From Deltaproteobacteria bacterium (GTDB lineage: Bacteria > Myxococcota_A > Polyangia > Fen-1088), in contig JANRKS010000005.1 of NCBI GenBank assembly GCA_033763315.1, positions 128,001 through 192,000 on the forward strand: DNA of 64,000 nucleotides. Direction: 5' to 3'. Below are positions 57,840 through 64,000 of the stretch, piece after piece. Under the pieces are notes generated by a model. It searched no databases. It worked only from the letters and a program-made list of their open reading frames with translations, and had not been told where the DNA came from. Position 1 is the stretch's first letter; each line of letters opens with the position of its first letter. The position numbers and the translations under genes are program-made.

Positions 57840-58639
57840 AACGGCGCCGCCGCGCGCGTGGATGGCTGCGGCTCGAACAACGGCAGTTGCGTGGGACGAC
57901 GGCTGCGCTGTTTTGGCGCTCCCAATCGCACGTTGAACTTGGTGGCGTCGGGGCGGCTGACCGTGCGCAGATCTGACCAACCCAGATGCGCGGCCATCGC
58001 GTTTTGCACAAGCTTGCGAGGCGCGTGTACAGCGGCGTCTTGCCAGGCGGCCACAAGGGCTTGCAACAACAGTCCGGCCAGCTGCAAGCCGGGGGTGTCG
58101 CCGGTGCGGTGGGCGATCGCCTTGTCCTCGGGGCGCAGACGGCCAAACACCGGACGCAACACCTGATCCTCAAGCGCGATTACGCCCGCCTTGCGCGAGC
58201 CATAACCTAAAGCGGGCCCGTCAAGCCACACACGCAGGGGCTGCGGTTCGTCTGGTTCCGCGCGCAGGCGCTCCGTGATCTGCGCGTGCAGGAAATCTTC
58301 GAGCGCCCGGCGCTGTGTTTCCGAGAAGGCCTCCGCCGACGTCTGGCCGGGGGTGGGCTCCACGACGAAGGCGTCGAAGCTCAGCCAGGGTGTGGCGAAA
58401 AACATGTTCACAAAAGCGGCGTGCGTTTGCGCGGTTTCAGCGTTGATGTGAGCCCACCCCAGCCGCGGCACTTCGGGCAGGCCCGCCAGTGTTTGGCGCA
58501 GCAGATCTTGGAAGTCACCACGGCGTTGCCAGTTCAACCACAGGATACCGCCGCCCCACGCGCGTTCGGAGGCCTCTCCCTGCAAGGTGGTGCACAGCAG
58601 CCAGCGCCGCAAACCTCGTTTGTGTTCGTCAACACCCAC
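57836..58639 (-). CDS. DUF3800-like protein with degenerate acidic motifs
   Basis: GILWLNWQRRGDF, FFATPWLSF, LQLAGLL, HLGWSDL..KFNV resemble one DUF3800 subfamily as I recall it. Confidence 0.55.
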   Translation of the reverse strand: MGVDEHKRGLRRWLLCTTLQGEASERAWGGGILWLNWQRRGDFQDLLRQTLAGLPEVPRLGWAHINAETAQTHAAFVNMFFATPWLSFDAFVVEPTPGQTSAEAFSETQRRALEDFLHAQITERLRAEPDEPQPLRVWLDGPALGYGSRKAGVIALEDQVLRPVFGRLRPEDKAIAHRTGDTPGLQLAGLLLQALVAAWQDAAVHAPRKLVQNAMAAHLGWSDLRTVSRPDATKFNVRLGAPKQRSRRPTQLPLFEPQPSTRAAAPF

Positions 58640-58709
58640 GATCGCCAGAGTAGCTCAAAAAGCGGTAGATTTTGCCAGATCTTATGCGTGGCCTGGGGAT
58701 AGCTTGCGG

Positions 58710-59900
58710 CTATTCATCCTGATCGGGCTGCCAGCTCATTTGGATCTCTGGCCCCAGCTGCTCTACCAATGCGTCGCGGAAGCGCTTTTTCAGCTTATCG
58801 GCGATCTGCCCAATGCGCTGTTTTGAAACGCCGTAGCGTTCGCCCAGTTCTGAAAGCGCTACGGGGTCATCGGGCGCAGCCAGGTGCTCCGCCCAAACCG
58901 CGCGCTCCCGTTCGTCGGTCAGTGAAAGCGCGAACGCGTCCATACTGTGCCGCACCTGATCAGCCAGCATGTTGCGGCCGGCTTGTTGTTCGGGCGAAGC
59001 CTGATCGGGCGAGGCGATACGCTCCGAAAGGGAAACACCGTCGTCTTCATCGGGGCGTGGTTCAAACGACACCTCCCGCGAGGCCAGGTGTTGCGACACC
59101 TCCAACACGTCTTTTTCGTCAACGTTCAGATTGGCGGCCAGCAACTTGGGCGTGGGATCAAAACCCGCGGCCCGCAGCTTGGCGCGTTCCTTCTCAAGGC
59201 GGAAAAACAGTTTGCGACCAGCGCGTGTGTTGCCCACGTGGATGAGGCGCGCGTTGGTCATCAAGAACTTAAGAATATAGGCGCGAATCCAATAGGCCGC
59301 GTAGGTGCCGAACCGCGTGCCGAGCTGAGGATCCCAGCGGCGCACGGCTTCCATCAGGCCAACGCTGCCTTCTTGAAACAGGTCTAGAATGTTGGTCCAC
59401 GCGCGACGATACTGATAGGCGATCGTCACAACCAACCGCAGGTTGTGCACCACCAAGCGGCGCGCGGCACCAATGTCGCCTTGGCCACGGGCGGCCGCCA
59501 CGAGTTCTTTTTCTTCAGACTCGGTTAAGCGCCGGAAGCTGCGTGCCTCTGACAGGAACCGTTGCAACGGATCGCGGATCGGCGCCAGGGGGCTGGGCCG
59601 TTCGCGCGGCGTCACCTGCAGATCGTGCAACGGGTCGTCGAACAGCGGCGTCGTTTCGTCGTGCTCGTCAGGACCCAACAGCAAATCATCGTCCGCGTGG
59701 CCCGCCTCGGATACAACTTCGCCCACCAACACTTCGGGCTCGTCGCTGGTTTCCTCGGACGCAGACGCCAATACCAAGGCGGTCTCGGGCGAGCTGCTGG
59801 CCTTCGGCTTGGACGGTTTTGCGGCGGCACGCTTGGGCGCGGCTTTGCTGTGCGAGGAGGTTGTTTTACCGCGGCCGGCGGTTGTCCCTTTGGAGGCCAT
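58710..59900 (-). CDS. rpoH: RNA polymerase sigma factor, RpoH/sigma32 family, with N-terminal low-complexity extension
   Basis: NLRLVV, DLFQEGSVGLMEAV, YAAYWIRAYI, RpoH-box-like RKLFFRL, GVSKQRIGQI. Confidence 0.82.
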   Translation of the reverse strand: MASKGTTAGRGKTTSSHSKAAPKRAAAKPSKPKASSSPETALVLASASEETSDEPEVLVGEVVSEAGHADDDLLLGPDEHDETTPLFDDPLHDLQVTPRERPSPLAPIRDPLQRFLSEARSFRRLTESEEKELVAAARGQGDIGAARRLVVHNLRLVVTIAYQYRRAWTNILDLFQEGSVGLMEAVRRWDPQLGTRFGTYAAYWIRAYILKFLMTNARLIHVGNTRAGRKLFFRLEKERAKLRAAGFDPTPKLLAANLNVDEKDVLEVSQHLASREVSFEPRPDEDDGVSLSERIASPDQASPEQQAGRNMLADQVRHSMDAFALSLTDERERAVWAEHLAAPDDPVALSELGERYGVSKQRIGQIADKLKKRFRDALVEQLGPEIQMSWQPDQDE

Positions 59901-60019
59901 CGTGGATGTGATTGTGTCTGTATACAACGTTTGTGCCCTCCGCTTTAGGTCCGGTGCGCCAACCGAAGTCGCGCGCTTGGGCCCACTGCTAAGATGCCGC
60001 TGTTTCAGCAAAGATACGC

Positions 60020-61174
60020 ATGCCGCTTCCCAGGTTGATTTGCCTCCTAAAACGCAGCCTTTGCGGCGTGGGCGCCGTTGTGCTGGCGCTGCTGGCCGGG
60101 CCGGGGGCGGCCGTCGGTCATATGCGCACCAGCACTTTTTCGCACCTGTCGCTGGGTGGATCCGCGCCAACCTGGGACATCAAAGTGTCCGTGGTGGACC
60201 TGTTGGCTCCGCTCGGCTTGGACGAGGGCCTGGCACCGGCGCAGGCGCTGGCGGCCGTGCGCGGGCGCCTTGAAATGGTGCAGGGCTACCTGGGCCCACG
60301 CCTCCGCTTGTTCACAGGTGAGAAGCCCTGCGCGCAGCGGGCCGATGGCGTCACCATCGATCAAGGTTCCGAGCCGCCTATGGTGAAGATGCGTTTCGTT
60401 TACAGCTGCCCGGCCGGCAACGGCAGCTACCGCGCCCGCTACGACTTGTTCTTCGACCTCGATGGCCTGCACTCTGGGTTTGTTAACGTCTCGTTGGCAG
60501 GCACACCCGCCGTTTCGGATGTTTTCCGCAGTGGCAACCGAGAACTGATGGTGGTGCTGGAGGCGTCGCGCTGGGAACCGTTGCGGCGGTTTTGGTTGCT
60601 GGGGGTTGAGCACATCTTCACGGGCTATGACCACTTGGCGTTTCTGGCAGGTCTTTTGCTGTTGGCCACCGTGAGTACGCGTGCTGCAGGCGATCGACTG
60701 TTGCAAACGGCCTCGCCGCGGGCCGCGCTTTGGGGCACAGCGAAGATCGTCACGGCGTTCACGGCTTCGCATTCTCTTACGCTGATGGCCGCCGCCTTGC
60801 GGCCCGAACTTGTGCCCACACGTTTTGTCGAACCACTCATCGCTCTGTCTGTGGCGGCGGTGGGCGTGGAAAACCTGCTGCCCCGCATGCCGCAGCGTCG
60901 TTGGCTGCTGGCCTTCGCTTTCGGCCTGATTCACGGCTTTGGCTTTGCGTCCGTGCTCTCGGAGATCGGTTTGCCCGCGCAAGGCCTGGTGGCCGCTCTG
61001 CTTTCATTCAACGTGGGCGTCGAGTGCGGCCAACTGTGCGTGGTGCTTGTGGCGCTGCCGCTGCTGCTAATGATTGCGCGGCGTTGGCCTCGCGTTTACC
61101 ACCGCGTGCTTCTGATCGGTGGTTCAAGCGCCCTGGTGGTTGCAGGCGTTGTTTGGTTCGTGCAACGCGTGTAA
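60020..61174 (+). CDS. HupE/UreJ family protein with N-terminal periplasmic domain
   Basis: GVEHIFTGYDHLAFL, TAFTASHSLT, FGLIHGFGFA, FNVGVE. Confidence 0.9.
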   Translation: MPLPRLICLLKRSLCGVGAVVLALLAGPGAAVGHMRTSTFSHLSLGGSAPTWDIKVSVVDLLAPLGLDEGLAPAQALAAVRGRLEMVQGYLGPRLRLFTGEKPCAQRADGVTIDQGSEPPMVKMRFVYSCPAGNGSYRARYDLFFDLDGLHSGFVNVSLAGTPAVSDVFRSGNRELMVVLEASRWEPLRRFWLLGVEHIFTGYDHLAFLAGLLLLATVSTRAAGDRLLQTASPRAALWGTAKIVTAFTASHSLTLMAAALRPELVPTRFVEPLIALSVAAVGVENLLPRMPQRRWLLAFAFGLIHGFGFASVLSEIGLPAQGLVAALLSFNVGVECGQLCVVLVALPLLLMIARRWPRVYHRVLLIGGSSALVVAGVVWFVQRV

Positions 61175-61182
61175 TCGCGTCG

Positions 61183-63651
61183 CTACTCCGTCCGTTGCAG
61201 CATCAGCCACGCCGTGAGATCCGCGATGTCAGCGGGCGACAAAAACGTTCCGTAACCCGATGGCATGGCGGAGACGTCCAGCATCTCGCGTTTTGTGATG
61301 TTCTGTTTTTGCAGCACCACCGTGGTGCCATCCGCCTGCGCCAGCCGCAAAAGTTTGCTGGTGTCTTCGCGCACGATGCCCGCGTATTCTTTGCCATCTT
61401 TCGTGGTGATCACCGCTTGCATGAAGCCTTCGATGATCGTGGCATTTGGGTCCAAGATCGATTCGGCCACATAACGGGCGTGAGCGCGGGTGCCTAGATC
61501 GGACAGATCCGGTCCCACCGCATTGCCCTTGCCGTTGACGGCGTGGCACAAGTGGCAACCTGGGCCTCCAGGTGCAAAAAACAGCACTTGGCCGCGCGCC
61601 GGGTTGCCTCTTGGCACCGCCTTTTCGGCTTCATCTAAGGTGGTTTCGTGATCAAGCGCGGGGCGTGCGATGGCGGCCGTGGCATCGACGGGTGCCGGCG
61701 GCACATGGCCGGTGCGTTCAAGCCACAAACGCGCCACCTGGCCCACCTGGGGATCATCACGCAACCGTTTGACCTGCGCGGCCGATAGCTGGTCCGTTTG
61801 CAGCAAGCCGAGCAGCGCGCCTTCGCGCACACCCGCGCTCTTATGGCGAAGCAGCGTCGACAACCGCGACGGATAGGCCTCGGCCAGCGTTTGCCAAAGC
61901 GCGTACCGCACCAGGCGCTCGGTTTCGTCGGCCAACGCCGCAGTGATGGCTGCAAGCGGCGGCCGCGGGAGTGAACGCAGCGCTTGTGCCGCCGCGAACC
62001 GCAACCGTGCGTCGCCTTGTGGAAGCAATGTGGTGGCTAACTTGGCAAGCGACGGCGGCCGCTGCGTGGTGAGGATCCGCAGAGCCGCCACGCGCGCTTG
62101 AACGCTGGCGCGCGCATCAAGCAGCGTTTCCTCAAACACGGGTGCCGTGCCCGGCAGCTTCCCCAAGGTCCACATGATCCACGTGCGAGCCAAATCGGGC
62201 AGTTCCGTGTGTTGCAAACGAGCCTGCAACACAGGCAACACCTCATTGGGCTTGCGCCGCAGCAGCTCTTGCTGCACGGCCACATTGCGCGCCGGCATGA
62301 ACGTCCCCAAGACGTTTACAAGATCGGAGACACTCCAGGCGGGCAGTGGGGTGTTTGCGAAGCGGTTGTCATTCGCAACAAGCGCAGATTCTTTATTCCA
62401 CATGCGAAAGACACGGCCTTCGTTGATCTCTGCCGTGTCGTCACCCTTTTGATAAGGCGCTGCTTTCGAACCATAGTGAGATCCCCAGCCCGCGATATAG
62501 AGGGCGCCATCAGGTCCCACCGCCATATCTGTGGGCCGAAACAGTGCCTCCGTGCCGCGCGCGTGAAAAATTTCATCCAGCGTGCCGTGTCGCTCGGCCC
62601 CCACCCATTTGCTTTGGTAAACGTAAATGGATTTGCGAATCCAGTCGCCGATCAAAAACTTGTTTTGAAACGCCGTTGGCCATTGCGACGCCGTGTAGAA
62701 CACCACGCCCACGCCCGAGCCATTGGCGTTGGGGAACAAACCTGAAAGCGGCACCGTGCCTGGGCTCTGGTCACCGTCCCACGAATCTGACCAAGCGTGC
62801 CGCTTGCCGAAGTGTGCACCGGCAAACGGTGTGATCACCCGATCATGCTCGGGTCCCGCGTCGTTGTCGGTGGCCAACCAATCGAACGTGGCGTCGAAAT
62901 CCATGTCGAAGGGGTTGCGCATGCCGCGCGCGAAGATTTGCAGCTGAGAACCATCGGGCTTGGCCTTAAGGACGCCGCCTTCAAGCTCAGGCCACGCGTC
63001 GATGAAGCCGTGCTTATACGTTGAGGCGGAGAATGTTTTCGGTTTCTGGCGCGAGAGGGCGTTGGATTTGACGCCCATCAAATCGCGAAACGGCCTGGGC
63101 GCCTTCGGGCTCACGGCGCTGTTGCCTTGGGACATGTAGAGCCACCCGTCGGGGCCAAACACGAGGCCGTGTAACCCATGACGGTTGTGGCCCAGGCCTT
63201 CGTAAAGCTTGATATACTCGTCGGCCACATCATCGCCATTTACGTCGCGCACCAAAGTCAGTTCTGGCGCGTTGGCGACGTATAGATCCTTGCCTCGCCA
63301 CGCGAGCCCCTGAATGCTGTTGAAGCCTGTGGCGAATGTGGTGGCGCTGTCGGCCACGCCGTCGTGGTTGGTGTCCTTGAGCAACACCACGTTGTCAGGC
63401 GGCGTTTGCGGCGTGGGCTTGCGGAACTGCGGCCCTCCGCCCACAAACAAGCGGCCCGCGGCGTCGAACGTCAACGCTGCCGGATGCATCAACATCGGCT
63501 CGCGTGCATAAAACGCGATGGCGAACGGCGCGGGAACTGGAGGCAGCAGATCAAGATTGTGGCTTTGTTCGTCCACCAACAGATCAGCGGCGGCGCTCGA
63601 TGCCACAGCCATAGCCGCCGCCGCGGCAAAAACGATCTTGCGCGACAACAT
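61183..63651 (-). CDS. PVC-type heme-binding protein (GSDH-like propeller + HEAT repeats + cytochrome c)
   Basis: LKDTNHDGVAD, GPDGWLY, GMRNP, FRPTDMAVGPDGALY, HEAT-like repeats, GCHLCH..GPDLS..ESILDP, SAMP. Confidence 0.85.
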   Translation of the reverse strand: MLSRKIVFAAAAAMAVASSAAADLLVDEQSHNLDLLPPVPAPFAIAFYAREPMLMHPAALTFDAAGRLFVGGGPQFRKPTPQTPPDNVVLLKDTNHDGVADSATTFATGFNSIQGLAWRGKDLYVANAPELTLVRDVNGDDVADEYIKLYEGLGHNRHGLHGLVFGPDGWLYMSQGNSAVSPKAPRPFRDLMGVKSNALSRQKPKTFSASTYKHGFIDAWPELEGGVLKAKPDGSQLQIFARGMRNPFDMDFDATFDWLATDNDAGPEHDRVITPFAGAHFGKRHAWSDSWDGDQSPGTVPLSGLFPNANGSGVGVVFYTASQWPTAFQNKFLIGDWIRKSIYVYQSKWVGAERHGTLDEIFHARGTEALFRPTDMAVGPDGALYIAGWGSHYGSKAAPYQKGDDTAEINEGRVFRMWNKESALVANDNRFANTPLPAWSVSDLVNVLGTFMPARNVAVQQELLRRKPNEVLPVLQARLQHTELPDLARTWIMWTLGKLPGTAPVFEETLLDARASVQARVAALRILTTQRPPSLAKLATTLLPQGDARLRFAAAQALRSLPRPPLAAITAALADETERLVRYALWQTLAEAYPSRLSTLLRHKSAGVREGALLGLLQTDQLSAAQVKRLRDDPQVGQVARLWLERTGHVPPAPVDATAAIARPALDHETTLDEAEKAVPRGNPARGQVLFFAPGGPGCHLCHAVNGKGNAVGPDLSDLGTRAHARYVAESILDPNATIIEGFMQAVITTKDGKEYAGIVREDTSKLLRLAQADGTTVVLQKQNITKREMLDVSAMPSGYGTFLSPADIADLTAWLMLQRTE

Positions 63652-63661
63652 CACGGGCCGC

Positions 63662-64000
63662 TTAAGGCAAGGCCGCCAACAACTCGGTGTTCTCTTCGTG
63701 CGTGCCAATCGAGATGCGGATGCGATCCGCGAGGCCGGGCTTGTTGAAGTGTCTCACGAGAATTCCTTTTTGCTTCAGGTGAGCGTAAAGACTGCCACCA
63801 TCGCCGCTGGGCGGCCGCGCAAAGAGGAAATTTGTTTGGCTGGGAATCACATCCCAGCCTCTGGCTGTGAGCTCTGACACCATGCGGGCGCGCTCCTGTT
63901 TCACTTTCGCCCACGTGCTGCGCGCGTAATTCTGATCGCGCAGCGCCGCTGTGGCCGCTGTGATCGCCAGCGCGTCGCAGTTGTAACTGTCTTTGACTTT
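63662..64000 (-). CDS. hisC: Histidinol-phosphate aminotransferase, 3' part only
   Basis: PSQTNFLF, GILVRHF, IRISIGT C-terminus; frame runs off the window. Confidence 0.75.
   Translation of the reverse strand, partial: KVKDSYNCDALAITAATAALRDQNYARSTWAKVKQERARMVSELTARGWDVIPSQTNFLFARPPSGDGGSLYAHLKQKGILVRHFNKPGLADRIRISIGTHEENTELLAALP

Noticed and set aside
1-64000. CRISPR arrays, IS elements, prophage genes, rRNA
   Set aside because: No repeat-spacer periodicity and no transposase, integrase or phage motifs seen; intergenic gaps are too short.

Overview
A GC-rich, very gene-dense bacterial chromosomal window with about 57 CDSs. I found no rRNA, tRNA, CRISPR array, transposase or integrase. The gene content (DUF1592/DUF1552 pair, AgmX/PglI-type C-terminal domain, ECF/anti-sigma pair, RpoH, DUF4398-OmpA) suggests Myxococcota or a related lineage; this is an inference. 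Main blocks: (1) 1-3 kb, DUF1592/DUF1552 pair. (2) 3.2-7.9 kb, a lipoprotein PhoX phosphatase on a collagen-like (Gly-X-Y)19 stalk, a co-oriented ~550-aa diheme protein (BthA-like) and a divergent type-1 copper lipoprotein. (3) 8-34.8 kb, mixed housekeeping, envelope and regulatory genes. (4) 34.9-51.3 kb, an aryl-polyene-type (APE/flexirubin/xanthomonadin-like) type II PKS cluster with a flavin halogenase-like gene, a MIO ammonia-lyase and a rearranged, convergent layout. (5) 51.5-64 kb, DUF3015 plus DUF4105(Lnb-like), a Rieske/cytochrome b-c operon, a degenerate DUF3800-like protein with a QLPLF motif, rpoH, HupE/UreJ, a PVC-type heme protein and partial hisC. Many genes have promoter motifs (sigma70 -10, ECF, sigma54) placed so that transcription would start at or next to the start codon. 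All family calls come from motif recognition by eye; no database search was run.
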